A DNA stretch of 64,000 nucleotides from Escherichia phage vB_EcoS_HASG4: the sequence record NC_100331.1. The stretch is one strand, 5' to 3'. A program made the position numbers and the translations under genes. Below the pieces are notes generated by a model that saw nothing but the letters and a program-made list of their open reading frames with translations, was not told the origin of the DNA and searched no databases. Shown here piece after piece: positions 20,544 to 30,053 of the stretch (its first letter is position 1; every line of letters begins with the position of its first letter).

Positions 20544-21196
20544 ATTGACCTACCTAAAGACCTCTGTTGTGGGGAACAGAGCTTTGCTAAATATTCCTTG
20601 AACTGTTCAGAATCAGCTGTATCTACTGGATTATCTTTCCAAGCAATACCAATGTACCCAGCATAGATATTTTTTAGATTGAAGTATGGACAAGTGTATA
20701 TGTAATTAAAAGTAACGTTTTTAAACGCAGGTATATTTAACCCCATATATTTATTTACTCTTACACTTAAATCCGATGCGTAGTTAAAGCCCTCTAAATG
20801 ACGTCTGTATAATTCAGACGTTTTATTTACCGCTTTATCGGCCAAGTCAGCCCTATCTAATTGCGCATTACTTTCCCATGCAATAATATTGGAATAATCA
20901 TTGATAGCATCTGGTTTATACTTGACTACAAAAACAGCATCTGCACCCGTCTGAGAGAAGAGAACCATGCTCTTTTCCCTCGCCACATTAGGGAAGTTAT
21001 CTATCCTCTGGGTTTGTAAATCCTGTAAAACTGCAGACGTGGAAAAAGTCTTTAAGAATGACATCACTTCACTAGTATTACTAACAAATAAGAAAATAAT
21101 GACAGCAACTAAGATAGTTAGCAGACGTTTAAGAAGCGATGCTGGGTCTTTCGCTTCTTGGAGCAGTACTGTTAATAATTGTAAGAACTTTTCCAA
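20540..21196 (-). CDS. holin candidate
   Basis: ORF 20540-21250 trimmed to TTG after GAGGAGG RBS (218 aa); TM segment; immediately upstream of endolysin. Confidence 0.6.
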   Translation of the reverse strand: MEKFLQLLTVLLQEAKDPASLLKRLLTILVAVIIFLFVSNTSEVMSFLKTFSTSAVLQDLQTQRIDNFPNVAREKSMVLFSQTGADAVFVVKYKPDAINDYSNIIAWESNAQLDRADLADKAVNKTSELYRRHLEGFNYASDLSVRVNKYMGLNIPAFKNVTFNYIYTCPYFNLKNIYAGYIGIAWKDNPVDTADSEQFKEYLAKLCSPQQRSLGRSI

Positions 21197-21352
21197 TTTG
21201 TAACCTCCTCTAACCAGTACCATTATACTAATTTTGGAGGAAAATTTCAATGGGTTTTTAAATGTTACACTTGGAGCACAAAATTATGTCGTTGTCAAGA
21301 AGAATTTTAGATAAAAGAAAAGCCAGGGTACTTAACCCTGGCTTAAAATTAC

Positions 21353-21952
21353 TTACTCTTCGTTGTGCTCCTCGGATTGAGGTAACTGAGCTTTATTATA
21401 TTGCTCAGATCGATATTTTGCCAAGATTTCAATACGCTTATGAATTTCCTTGCTATCTAGATAGATATTTTTGTTGTCTTTTACCATCTCGTCGATTTCA
21501 TCTATTGAGAAGAACGGATAGTAGACATCTAGCATCATATCTTCTACGAACTTGTTGTAAGATTCATAGGCTTTCTTGATTTCTTGACCTTTCTCACAGA
21601 ACCCACCAGAGAACGTGTGTCCCATTAGCGTAGCATGTGGATGTACTACCCATCCATGACAAGATAGGAAAATTGTGCAGTAAGCAGAAGCACTAGGACC
21701 AATCAGGTGTCCTATAACTGTTCCACGGCAATTAGCAATTAAGTTAGATAACTGTGCGGCAGTATCAACATAACCACCAGGGCCATTAATCATCAGATTA
21801 ATTTCGTCGTCCTCATTTGCCTGCATAAGTACCATTGATAGATCACGGTATTCATCCGGTGGACCGAGTTCTTCATCAAAGAAAAAGGTATACTCGTTAG
21901 ATTGGCGAATGGAGTGGAACAGGTTAGTCTTTTCTTCTTTTTTATTAGTCAT
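21353..21952 (-). CDS. ClpP-like serine protease
   Basis: 199 aa; INGPGG and GPSASA motifs resembling ClpP. Confidence 0.6.
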   Translation of the reverse strand: MTNKKEEKTNLFHSIRQSNEYTFFFDEELGPPDEYRDLSMVLMQANEDDEINLMINGPGGYVDTAAQLSNLIANCRGTVIGHLIGPSASAYCTIFLSCHGWVVHPHATLMGHTFSGGFCEKGQEIKKAYESYNKFVEDMMLDVYYPFFSIDEIDEMVKDNKNIYLDSKEIHKRIEILAKYRSEQYNKAQLPQSEEHNEE

Positions 21953-21964
21953 AGCGATCCTTGA

Positions 21965-22717
21965 TTATCCAACTAGTGGTTCTAGCTCTAAGTCACAGAA
22001 GTTATACACTTCTAGTTTAAGGTTATTGATACCATCGAATTTATTAACTAATTCGTGAGTAATATATTTTGCAGGAATACCACTTTCAGATGGATGATCT
22101 GATTTAATAGTGAACTTCTGCTCAGCGGGCACTACATTTATTAGTAAAGAATCCATATCTAAATGGTTTGTTTCTCTGAGTAACTCTCCTTCATTGGGGA
22201 ATCTCACATCTGTTATTACGGCGACATCTGGGTCGTCTTTAGCGATGGATTGCTCCAGAATTATGAGCCAAATGCGTTCATGTACCAGCTGCCTTCCTAG
22301 CTCTGTTCCTACGAGCTGTAACATTTTTCTCGGAGAAATAAATAAACTATAAAGTCCGTCTTCTTTATTCTCTGAGATAAGTTGTTGAGGATTAAGATAT
22401 TTTCCCTCAAAAATCGGCCAAACGTACGAGAAGTCTTCAAACTTATCGATACCGTATTTAAACCATACGTCTCTAGCTCGCTCCAATTGAGATTGTGTGA
22501 CCGTAAACCATTGGTCAATCTCTTTCCCCCTGCGCTCTCCTAGAAACTCTGGAGTTACACCGAGGATTACAGATGCAAGTTCATAAACGGGCTTGGCAAA
22601 ACTGTAACGACGTGGTAAACACGTTGGATACGTGTCGTTACACCAATCGATAATTAATTTTGCAACGGTATCTTTTCCCGAACCAGCTTCACCATGCAGA
22701 CCTACTAATACTGACAT
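21965..22717 (-). CDS. deoxynucleoside monophosphate kinase
   Basis: 250 aa; P-loop GEAGSGKDT at N-terminus. Confidence 0.7.
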   Translation of the reverse strand: MSVLVGLHGEAGSGKDTVAKLIIDWCNDTYPTCLPRRYSFAKPVYELASVILGVTPEFLGERRGKEIDQWFTVTQSQLERARDVWFKYGIDKFEDFSYVWPIFEGKYLNPQQLISENKEDGLYSLFISPRKMLQLVGTELGRQLVHERIWLIILEQSIAKDDPDVAVITDVRFPNEGELLRETNHLDMDSLLINVVPAEQKFTIKSDHPSESGIPAKYITHELVNKFDGINNLKLEVYNFCDLELEPLVG

Positions 22718-23070
22718 TAATCTTTCCTATTGTTAATGGGTGGATAGTAAACTAAGCAACGTTTTTCTTGTAAATCTTGGCGATAGAAGCAAACCATACT
22801 AGTCAGTCGTGAGATATATGAATATTCTGCCTCGCGGCATTTTGCTAACATATTCCAATCTTTATATGGTACAACAACTACTACGCCATCTTCGCCATTT
22901 GTAGCTAATTTCTTTTCGAACTTAAAGTCAAAGCTACAAGGTTGAAGCCCTTTAGGCCAATCTACGTGGGCTGTTGGTAGCTCATGTGTAGGTTCTGGCT
23001 TTATTTCTTGTGCACAGCCTGTGATTGTGATTGCGGCTGCGAGCAGTATTCCAAGTTTCCAGTTAAACAT
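22717..23070 (-). CDS. lipoprotein (o-spanin-like)
   Basis: 117 aa; signal peptide with lipobox ITGC; start embedded in upstream gene. Confidence 0.55.
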   Translation of the reverse strand: MFNWKLGILLAAAITITGCAQEIKPEPTHELPTAHVDWPKGLQPCSFDFKFEKKLATNGEDGVVVVVPYKDWNMLAKCREAEYSYISRLTSMVCFYRQDLQEKRCLVYYPPINNRKD

Positions 23071-23444
23071 GCTAATCTTTCCTCGAACTCCTTACTCTGC
23101 TTTTTAGCAATTAATGTAACCAATCCAGGCTTTGCAGCTATAATATCTTGACGACTAAGAGCTTTATCAAGCTGGGAGATCTTCTTATCAAGATCTTGTT
23201 GGGAAATATTATGGAAAGTGAAATATTGATTCATACGTGTTTCACGTTGTTCACTTTCAACTTTAATCTTGTTTAAGGAAGTTTCTAGAGTAGAGATCTT
23301 TTTAGTAGCTACTGCAAGATCACCTGATAGAGTCTCAACCTTATTAACTAAGTGATAAGCACCGAATCCGATGCCTATCGCTAGACCTGCTCCCAGGATA
23401 TACCATTTACCTTGCCATAGAGAACTAATAAAGTTTTTTATCAT
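23001..23444 (-). CDS. i-spanin-like membrane protein
   Basis: 147 aa; N-terminal TM then coiled-coil; overlaps lipoprotein gene by 70 nt out of frame. Confidence 0.55.
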   Translation of the reverse strand: MIKNFISSLWQGKWYILGAGLAIGIGFGAYHLVNKVETLSGDLAVATKKISTLETSLNKIKVESEQRETRMNQYFTFHNISQQDLDKKISQLDKALSRQDIIAAKPGLVTLIAKKQSKEFEERLACLTGNLEYCSQPQSQSQAVHKK

Positions 23445-24121
23445 CTTTTCATATTCCTGAATGACGTAACCGTATCAAATCCATGTGCTGCTAGGCGGTC
23501 TTTATCTGATACAGTAATCATATCAGGCTCACCAGTTCCTAATACACCGAAGATATACTGTTCGAGAACTTGGTGCAAACGGTATAAGTTACTTTCAATT
23601 TCCTGCCACGGAATACCTGATAGGTGTAGACGCGGATTAGTTATAACCTTGAAGTATTTATTGTTATCTTTATCATTTGGAACTAATGAATCTAGAACTA
23701 CTAATGGTACTCTTAGCTCAGATAAGGCTTCTTTAGCTTTCGGGGTAACTTCTTCTTGCCACGATAAGATAGACTCTTTTGGCTTCCCTCTATTTATGTC
23801 TAGCAAAGAAAACCCTGTTGACCACCCATTCTCCTCTAAAATTTCTAACGCCTCGTCCAGGCTGAAGGTTTTTACTTGGGTATCTAGCACGTCAATGTGG
23901 TATAACCAGTAAATCTCTCCGGCTAGGAAGAAAGGCAAAATTTTAAAGTAGCCAATCTTTCCCTCAATACGAGCAATCCTACGTTCTTGCATGATCATAT
24001 AGTTGCCATCATCTGGGGCTTTTATTGTTAGCTCTTCAGTTTTACGTTCCCAAACACGATCTGCATCGAATAAACTGTTCTGCAAATCATACACATCTGC
24101 AAATTTAGAAATGATTCTCAT
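23441..24121 (-). CDS. hypothetical protein
   Basis: 226 aa; promoter cassette upstream. Confidence 0.55.
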   Translation of the reverse strand: MRIISKFADVYDLQNSLFDADRVWERKTEELTIKAPDDGNYMIMQERRIARIEGKIGYFKILPFFLAGEIYWLYHIDVLDTQVKTFSLDEALEILEENGWSTGFSLLDINRGKPKESILSWQEEVTPKAKEALSELRVPLVVLDSLVPNDKDNNKYFKVITNPRLHLSGIPWQEIESNLYRLHQVLEQYIFGVLGTGEPDMITVSDKDRLAAHGFDTVTSFRNMKR

Positions 24122-24275
24122 ATTTAATCCTCTTGCCTCAATCTATGAATATATTATACAAAAGTTTGGGCATCTATGCAACTAAAATTTTATTACAAAA
24201 ATAGCCCAGTCGCAAAAGTGCAGGCTGGGCTTTGTCATTATTTGCTTTTGCTAGTAAGTTGACTTAGTGTCAATC

Positions 24276-24656
24276 TTATGTAATATTAGTTTCTCTAGCT
24301 TTGCGTAGTACCCCTGCATTTCTCCATAACTTAATATCGTCTACTGTTTCTTTATAAGGAGCTATGGTAAAACCTAGTGGGCCAGCACTAAATAATCCTA
24401 AGAATCCTATTGCACGCATATAGAATAAACATTCTTCGCCTGTCATTTCTTCAACTGCTTTTCTTTGTTTTTCGTTTTCAAACTCGTGATCCTTGTTGTC
24501 TATACGAAGGTGTTTAATGAACCATTCAGCAGAGTATTCGTCCAAATGTCTAATAATAGTTATTGCATACCCAGCACCTATTAAAAACCAAGTTGCAACA
24601 AGAATTAGTAATATAGTCATATCATCTCCAGTTAGGGCTAGCAGCCACCTCACCAC
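24276..24656 (-). CDS. membrane protein
   Basis: 126 aa, two TM segments. Confidence 0.5.
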   Translation of the reverse strand: MVRWLLALTGDDMTILLILVATWFLIGAGYAITIIRHLDEYSAEWFIKHLRIDNKDHEFENEKQRKAVEEMTGEECLFYMRAIGFLGLFSAGPLGFTIAPYKETVDDIKLWRNAGVLRKARETNIT

Positions 24657-24730
24657 TTACCGCACTAAGGGGCACGACTCCCTTATCCGTAACAGTTGCA
24701 GGTGACGCAACTCGGTCCTACGCGAGTTCT

Positions 24731-25015
24731 TTAAGTATTCTGCATTTCTGCTCTAAATTTTTTCATATTACGAGTTTTTCGGTAATAGAAAAATACAGAT
24801 GCTGGTCCTAGCAGAATATCCATAATAAATATCACAGACATACCACATCTGAATAGTGTTTTATCATCAAGAGGTGCTAGATCTAGTGGACGTGTTTTAT
24901 GTATAACATATAAAAGTACGTCTTTGTTCTTAGAGATATACAGATCATCAATCAAGCTGTAAATAGCAACTATAGACCCAATGACGAACCAAAGAGCAAA
25001 TGGAGAGATAATCAT
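24731..25015 (-). CDS. membrane protein
   Basis: 94 aa. Confidence 0.45.
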   Translation of the reverse strand: MIISPFALWFVIGSIVAIYSLIDDLYISKNKDVLLYVIHKTRPLDLAPLDDKTLFRCGMSVIFIMDILLGPASVFFYYRKTRNMKKFRAEMQNT

Positions 25016-25308
25016 TTCAGATCCTTTTCATTAATTAAAATATTAGTAAACAGAGGGGCAAATCCTAAACTCATAGTAGGTCCAAATGTTTTCATGGCTA
25101 TCCATAGCTGCATAGTAATCATGCCATCTTTAATTTCTGGATCTTTGTATTCCCCAATACGGGTTTTGGCAAAAGCCACTATATCTGGATTATTTTTATT
25201 TTCCTGAATATAGTCATGCCAAAATTGTGTATTCTCACTACGTAGGAATGTTAAAACATCCTTAGTTGCTGGAATCTGCACTGTGCTGTTGATGTTTAGT
25301 CTTTTCAC
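25012..25308 (-). CDS. hypothetical protein
   Basis: 98 aa. Confidence 0.45.
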   Translation of the reverse strand: MKRLNINSTVQIPATKDVLTFLRSENTQFWHDYIQENKNNPDIVAFAKTRIGEYKDPEIKDGMITMQLWIAMKTFGPTMSLGFAPLFTNILINEKDLK

Positions 25309-25681
25309 GTTCTTCTCTCCGACGTTTGCGTTCTTTCATCATATGAGCTGCTACAACTTCGTGGTAGTAGTCATTAATATTATCTTCTGGCAAGAAATGC
25401 TTAATAGTCTCTAGCTGACAAATAACTCGATGAAGATGGTTATTTGGTAGGCATAATTTCATACCCGCAACAAACCCAGAGAAGCCTGGAACACTGAACA
25501 TGGGTTGGGCTTCTACCCTACCTTCATAGTTGATATTAAGCTCAATTGAGATACCCATTTTCATGCTGTAAAGCTGGCAGTATTCCCCATTACCAGATCT
25601 TGACCAAATAGTGAAGTCTTCATCAATTTGATCTTGGATTTCTGTAATTGCAAATTTAATTCTAGGATCTAAATTATTCAT
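25262..25681 (-). CDS. hypothetical protein
   Basis: ORF 25262-25705 trimmed to internal ATG. Confidence 0.45.
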   Translation of the reverse strand: MNNLDPRIKFAITEIQDQIDEDFTIWSRSGNGEYCQLYSMKMGISIELNINYEGRVEAQPMFSVPGFSGFVAGMKLCLPNNHLHRVICQLETIKHFLPEDNINDYYHEVVAAHMMKERKRRREEREKTKHQQHSADSSN

Positions 25682-25973
25682 CTTCACCTTCAAAGTCGCA
25701 ATCATAACGACAAGTAAAAGAACTAGAGCTATTAGTACGTTGAGTAGTTATCTCACCACGTTTGCTAACAGTAACAGCCGGAGTAGAGAAGTTTTTATTA
25801 GTATATATTTCTACTCTGCCGTTACGTTCCTTAACATCACGAACTTTACCATACTCAGTAATAATGCCGTTCTGTTGGACTTTAACATTACCATTTTTCA
25901 TAAAAACTTTGGTAGATGCTAGAGAACCGAAACTAACTGCCGAAACCATCAGTGCAATAATAAACTTATTCAT
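25674..25973 (-). CDS. secreted protein
   Basis: ORF 25674-26084 trimmed to ATG starting a signal peptide (MNKFIIALMVSAVSFGSLA). Confidence 0.5.
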   Translation of the reverse strand: MNKFIIALMVSAVSFGSLASTKVFMKNGNVKVQQNGIITEYGKVRDVKERNGRVEIYTNKNFSTPAVTVSKRGEITTQRTNSSSSFTCRYDCDFEGEDE

Positions 25974-26247
25974 CAGTATCTTCCTCATTACAGTCACGGC
26001 ATACATCATAATCATTAAAGGAATGTTCGTGAGCTTCACACCACCAAGAACAAGAATCGCAGAGGAATATTTCGGTTTTCTCAAGTGCTTGGCCTAAAAG
26101 ATCATCAGCTTCATCAGCAGTAATCTTCAATCCACATACATCTGCCACACGTTCTTTAATTAAGCGACCTGCCTCATGGTAAGACATACAGGTTCCCGCA
26201 ACATCATGTTCAAGAACATGAATGGCACAGTCTAGGCGATTTTTCAT
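25966..26247 (-). CDS. Cys-rich zinc-ribbon-like protein
   Basis: 93 aa; CDSCSWWC and CRDC pairs. Confidence 0.5.
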   Translation of the reverse strand: MKNRLDCAIHVLEHDVAGTCMSYHEAGRLIKERVADVCGLKITADEADDLLGQALEKTEIFLCDSCSWWCEAHEHSFNDYDVCRDCNEEDTDE

Positions 26248-26263
26248 TTCAAACCTCTCTCAT

Positions 26264-26286
26264 CAATTTATAAATATATTATAGCA
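26264..26286 (-). promoter_or_regulatory. conserved early promoter-leader cassette (example)
   Basis: plus-strand caatttataaatatattatagc. Confidence 0.6.
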
Positions 26287-26323
26287 AGAAAAGAGAGGTT
26301 TAGCAAATGAATTATTTCAGAAA

Positions 26324-26671
26324 TTAGTTATAGCACCACCATAATCCACGCTTACGCATGTCATGATCGCGATTATAGTCATAATTTTCTGGATCTTTCA
26401 TCACGCGGTGGAGTTCTTGACGATTCCCTTGACGAACCATTTTATTAGAATGCCACTTAACATTCTTACTAACAGAATTCCAGCTATAACCATCCTTTTT
26501 CTCATTACGAATGGTTGCTTCTTCCATTTCCTGTTCTACCTCATCCCAGGATTTAGCATAAGTAACACGAATCCAGTAGCCACTTACTTTGAGGAAAGTA
26601 TATTCCTGGGTGTAATTAGCTTTAGACTTCCACCACTGATCACCAGATTGTTTACGATAAGTACGGCTCAT
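26324..26671 (-). CDS. hypothetical protein
   Basis: 115 aa, Trp-rich. Confidence 0.5.
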   Translation of the reverse strand: MSRTYRKQSGDQWWKSKANYTQEYTFLKVSGYWIRVTYAKSWDEVEQEMEEATIRNEKKDGYSWNSVSKNVKWHSNKMVRQGNRQELHRVMKDPENYDYNRDHDMRKRGLWWCYN

Positions 26672-26792
26672 ATTACCTCCATTAAGTCTTTTGAATTAAC
26701 CTAATGTGGGTGAATTTTATTATACATAAATTATTTACCTGTATATAGAAAAACCCCAGACTACTTATTCAATAGCTGGGGTTTGTTATTAA

Positions 26793-27107
26793 TTACAGAT
26801 CGGGGCGTTCATCTTCGAAACAGCCTGAGCTAATTCCTTCTCCGAATCCTACAAAGCCATCAAATTCATCATTTGAGATGCCCATAATCATTGCTTCCAT
26901 TTTCCTAATCTCCGAAATTTTCATGCCTGCTTTACTATTCTTATAATACTTGCGAGGGTTCCCACACATCCAACAAGAACAGATGCAAGGAGTAGTAGTG
27001 ATAATACCTAATCGCTTAGGGCTTTCTTCATGTGGAAAGACTGTCCAATACTTCTTGCGGTTGTTCTTCACACGTTGCCGGTGATGGCGTCTTAATGCTC
27101 GATCCAC
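26793..27107 (-). CDS. Cys-rich hypothetical protein
   Basis: 104 aa; CICSCWMC. Confidence 0.45.
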   Translation of the reverse strand: MDRALRRHHRQRVKNNRKKYWTVFPHEESPKRLGIITTTPCICSCWMCGNPRKYYKNSKAGMKISEIRKMEAMIMGISNDEFDGFVGFGEGISSGCFEDERPDL

Positions 27108-27188
27108 ACATTTCTCCTAAAACTTGGGAGATAAATGGAATTTGCTCGACTACCTCACGTAGTTCGGAGAAATCGTATCCAAACCCCA

Positions 27189-27557
27189 TTACATCGCCTG
27201 AGTAAATGTACGACTAATAACGTCGTTCTGCTGTTCACGAGTCAGTGCATTAAAACGTACAGCGTACCCTGAAACACGGATAGTTAATTGAGGGTATTTT
27301 TCAGGATGTTTCTGTGCATCCAAAAGCTGATCACGGCTTAATACATTGACATTTAGGTGCTGACCGCCTTCGATTTGAGGGGCGACTTCCACTTTGACTT
27401 CACGGAAGGCTTCGGGATCGAATTGTGGTGTGATACCTTCTAGATCTTCAACTAGAACTTTCTGTTTAAGTTCACCATTGTCGGAGTATAGCTGAATAAT
27501 CTGATTTTCATGAACAAGGTTAATTACGCCAGATTTAAGATTTTGATATGCTTTCAT
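27189..27557 (-). CDS. grcA: autonomous glycyl-radical cofactor (GrcA/YfiD-like)
   Basis: 122 aa; C-terminus [11 protein letters not shown]...[19 protein letters not shown] matches PFL/GrcA glycyl-radical domain. Confidence 0.8.
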   Translation of the reverse strand: MKAYQNLKSGVINLVHENQIIQLYSDNGELKQKVLVEDLEGITPQFDPEAFREVKVEVAPQIEGGQHLNVNVLSRDQLLDAQKHPEKYPQLTIRVSGYAVRFNALTREQQNDVISRTFTQAM

Positions 27558-27599
27558 TAGATCTCCCAGATGTTAGAATTTGGCTCAGCTATTTATTCT

Positions 27600-27794
27600 T
27601 TATACTTTTCCATAGTATACGGAAACTGTCTTACCAGTTTGGTTCATGACATATGCTACTTCATCTTCTTTTAAAAAGATGGCTTGGTCTACTCCAACTA
27701 TAGCCAATCTTTTATTTCTAGGATTAAAGCTTACACTTTTGCCTGTATGAATCTGTTCCCCATTCTTGGCTGACATTATTTTAATTGTTAACAT
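27600..27794 (-). CDS. hypothetical protein
   Basis: 64 aa; RBS AGGAG. Confidence 0.45.
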   Translation of the reverse strand: MLTIKIMSAKNGEQIHTGKSVSFNPRNKRLAIVGVDQAIFLKEDEVAYVMNQTGKTVSVYYGKV

Positions 27795-27831
27795 AGCTGC
27801 TCCTAAAGTTAGCTATCTCTAGCTCTTTTAA

Positions 27832-27907
27832 TGGTAGTTAGTAGTGGATTTGAACCACTGTAGTCGCTCCGTATGAAGGAGGTGCATAACCACTCTGCCA
27901 ACTAACT
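27832..27907 (-). tRNA. tRNA with CAT anticodon (Met or Ile-lysidine type)
   Basis: hand fold: acceptor AGTTAGT/ACTAACT, loop TTCATAC, T-arm GTGGTTCAAATCCAC, CCA encoded. Confidence 0.75.
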
Positions 27908-28003
27908 ATTATGTTTTATTAGACTAAGTAAGTATTCTTTATACTCTTTGGACCAATTAGCTTTTTTAAACTTTCCTGGACGCATAGTCTTAATTCCTAA
28001 ATT

Positions 28004-28080
28004 TGGTACTCCGGGAGGGATTTAAACCCTCGATCTCTCGGTTATCAGCCGAGTGCTTTAGATCGCTAAGCTACCGAAGC
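28004..28080 (-). tRNA. tRNA-Ile (GAT)
   Basis: anticodon arm CTCGG-CTGATAA-CCGAG; T-arm GAGGGTTTAAATCCCTC; CCA encoded. Confidence 0.8.
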
Positions 28081-28081
28081 A

Positions 28082-28261
28082 TTAACATTTAATTGCAGAA
28101 CGTTTACCGTTTCTAGGCGCACCTGGAAGTCGTGCACGTTCTGCCATTCTTCGCTTAATCTTTGAGATATTTTCTAGTGTTTGTTTTTCAGGTTTAATAC
28201 CTGAAACACTACACCACTGATTACCATCCCATGCGGTAATGATCATAACACCATTGCTCAT
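28082..28261 (-). CDS. small hypothetical protein
   Basis: 59 aa ORF below track cutoff; stop abuts tRNA-Ile 5' end. Confidence 0.3.
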   Translation of the reverse strand: MSNGVMIITAWDGNQWCSVSGIKPEKQTLENISKIKRRMAERARLPGAPRNGKRSAIKC

Positions 28262-28287
28262 GATCTTTTCTGTGAAAGTAATCCTAA

Positions 28288-28581
28288 TTATAGCAACTCA
28301 TCTAAGCAAGAGGTATATTTAAGTTTACCATCTTTATCTACTTTGATTTCGACTTCCGCTCGTGGTACTTGACGAACTACACCATGAATCATCTTATAGC
28401 GAATGCCTTTAGCTGGTTCATGCTCTTTTGGAAATACTTGCTTAACCGTTACTACCTTGAAACCCTCACGCGGTGTTAACACTACTACTTGATCACCTTC
28501 TTTGATCTTCCAAGAGCTGGGAAATTCATAGGTATAGCGTTGACCACCAGTTTGGAACACAACAGAAAGATAACGTTTCAT
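28288..28581 (-). CDS. hypothetical protein
   Basis: 97 aa; promoter cassette upstream. Confidence 0.5.
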   Translation of the reverse strand: MKRYLSVVFQTGGQRYTYEFPSSWKIKEGDQVVVLTPREGFKVVTVKQVFPKEHEPAKGIRYKMIHGVVRQVPRAEVEIKVDKDGKLKYTSCLDELL

Positions 28582-28648
28582 TTGGTTTCCCTCTCATTAA
28601 TTTATATAAATATTATAACAAGAAATAAGAGAGAAAGCAAATGAATTT

Positions 28649-28816
28649 TTAATAAAGTTTAGTCACTTCATAAACTATACTACGAGATTCTTTATTACGT
28701 TCTATTAAATTAGCGTATGCTTTTTCAGCTTCATTTTTAGTATTAAAGTCTATAACGTGGGAGGTATTAGCTCTGTTTGATTGACTATACCAGATAACTA
28801 CTAGGAGTTTAAACAT
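28649..28816 (-). CDS. hypothetical protein
   Basis: ORF 28649-28843 trimmed to internal ATG (RBS AAGGA) to avoid tRNA overlap. Confidence 0.4.
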   Translation of the reverse strand: MFKLLVVIWYSQSNRANTSHVIDFNTKNEAEKAYANLIERNKESRSIVYEVTKLY

Positions 28817-28830
28817 ACTAGTCCTTAAAT

Positions 28831-28917
28831 TGGTGCTGGGCACAGGATTCGAACCTGCAACGGGGTTACTCCTCCTGATTACAAATCAGGTGCATTCAAC
28901 CATTCTGCCAACCCAGC
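28831..28917 (-). tRNA. tRNA, anticodon loop TTTGTAA (reads TGT, Thr?) with long variable arm
   Basis: 87 nt; acceptor GCTGGGT/GCCCAGC; 3-bp D-stem; ~15-nt variable region; T-arm GCAGGTTCGAATCCTGT. Confidence 0.55.
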
Positions 28918-29082
28918 AGAACCCGTTATTTCAACGGGATTTCTTTTTCAATAACAGGAGACTTATCAGTCATAACTGTCATTGCCATTTGTTGTAGAAA
29001 TTCAAAGGTGAAGGCAACACGTTCTTCACCAATCTCTACTTCTACACGTTTCTTTTGTTTGTCGATCTTGACTTTTAGGTTA

Positions 29083-29334
29083 TCAGCCATTAGAGAGTAT
29101 AGTACTGGTAGTTGGCAATATTACAGATGAAGCAACAGTGTTTAAATGCTTTCTCCAGTCTAGGTTAAATTGTTTTCGAAACTCTTCATAAGGTTCTTCT
29201 GGATAAAAGCTAAAACCTCCTTTCTCATCATTCAGGATGACAGAGCCGTCAGTTTGTTCGTATGCTCGGTATGTTTCTCCAATAACAATAACTCGTTTAT
29301 CGGTACTTTTATTACGAAACTCAAAAACGTGCAT
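29083..29334 (-). CDS. hypothetical protein
   Basis: 83 aa; RBS AAGGA. Confidence 0.5.
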   Translation of the reverse strand: MHVFEFRNKSTDKRVIVIGETYRAYEQTDGSVILNDEKGGFSFYPEEPYEEFRKQFNLDWRKHLNTVASSVILPTTSTILSNG

Positions 29335-29341
29335 AACGTTT

Positions 29342-29417
29342 CCTTAAAGTTGGAGCGGCTAGAGGGAATCGAACCCTACTCAGCGAGGCTTGGAAGGCCT
29401 GCGACACAACCCGTGTG
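29342..29417 (-). tRNA. tRNA-Gly (TCC)
   Basis: loop CTTCCAA; 3' end GCCGCTCCA and T-arm GGGTTCGATTCCC as in bacterial Gly(UCC). Confidence 0.7.
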
Positions 29418-29425
29418 CTTAACCG

Positions 29426-29501
29426 CTTATTGTTTGGCTGGAGAAGGAGGAATCGAACCTACCATTAACGGAGTCAAAGGCCGTTGTGCTAACCGTTACA
29501 C
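29426..29501 (-). tRNA. tRNA-Gln (TTG)
   Basis: starts TGGAG, ends CCAGCCA (U1-A72, G73); loop centre TTG. Confidence 0.7.
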
Positions 29502-29507
29502 TACTCT

Positions 29508-29583
29508 CCAATTGTTTGGCTGGAGTGCCTGGGATCGAACCAGGAACCTTCGGAGTCAGAGGCCGACGATCTGCCAATTGATC
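29508..29583 (-). tRNA. tRNA-Gln (CTG)
   Basis: paralog of previous; loop CTCTGAC. Confidence 0.7.
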
Positions 29584-29601
29584 TACACTCCAAAAATGCT
29601 A

Positions 29602-29838
29602 TTAATTAGACGCTGTCTCTACTGGCTGAGATACAGCAGGCTGTTCTAACGTATCTGGTGCTGATACGGAGAAAAGAGCTTGTAATGCTGCAATATCACG
29701 CTCGTAAGTATCAATACGAGTAGTAAGAGTATCTACCATCTGTTTATGATAGGCTAAGTTATTCTGAGATTCATCTCGAAGAGTTTGCAGTTCTGCAAGA
29801 CGTGTTAACATAATTTCACTAATTAAAGCATTACTCAT
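29602..29838 (-). CDS. hypothetical coiled-coil protein
   Basis: 78 aa. Confidence 0.45.
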   Translation of the reverse strand: MSNALISEIMLTRLAELQTLRDESQNNLAYHKQMVDTLTTRIDTYERDIAALQALFSVSAPDTLEQPAVSQPVETASN

Positions 29839-30028
29839 TTGTTTCTCCTAAATTTTCCGGTTCTTCTAAACGTTTGCCTTCATGATCTACTCGAATAACT
29901 CCGCATCCTTCGCAAATCACAACTGCACCATAACCTTCTTTGACTTCGGCTTCTGTAATCAAACCAGAAAGATCACCAGTATCTCTGCCCCACATATCAA
30001 TGGAGCATTGTTTGCAGAAATCAGCCAT
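29831..30028 (-). CDS. small Cys-containing protein
   Basis: 65 aa; CxxC...CEGC. Confidence 0.45.
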   Translation of the reverse strand: MADFCKQCSIDMWGRDTGDLSGLITEAEVKEGYGAVVICEGCGVIRVDHEGKRLEEPENLGETNE

Positions 30029-30053
30029 ATTTTATTTCCTATTTAAGTTAATT

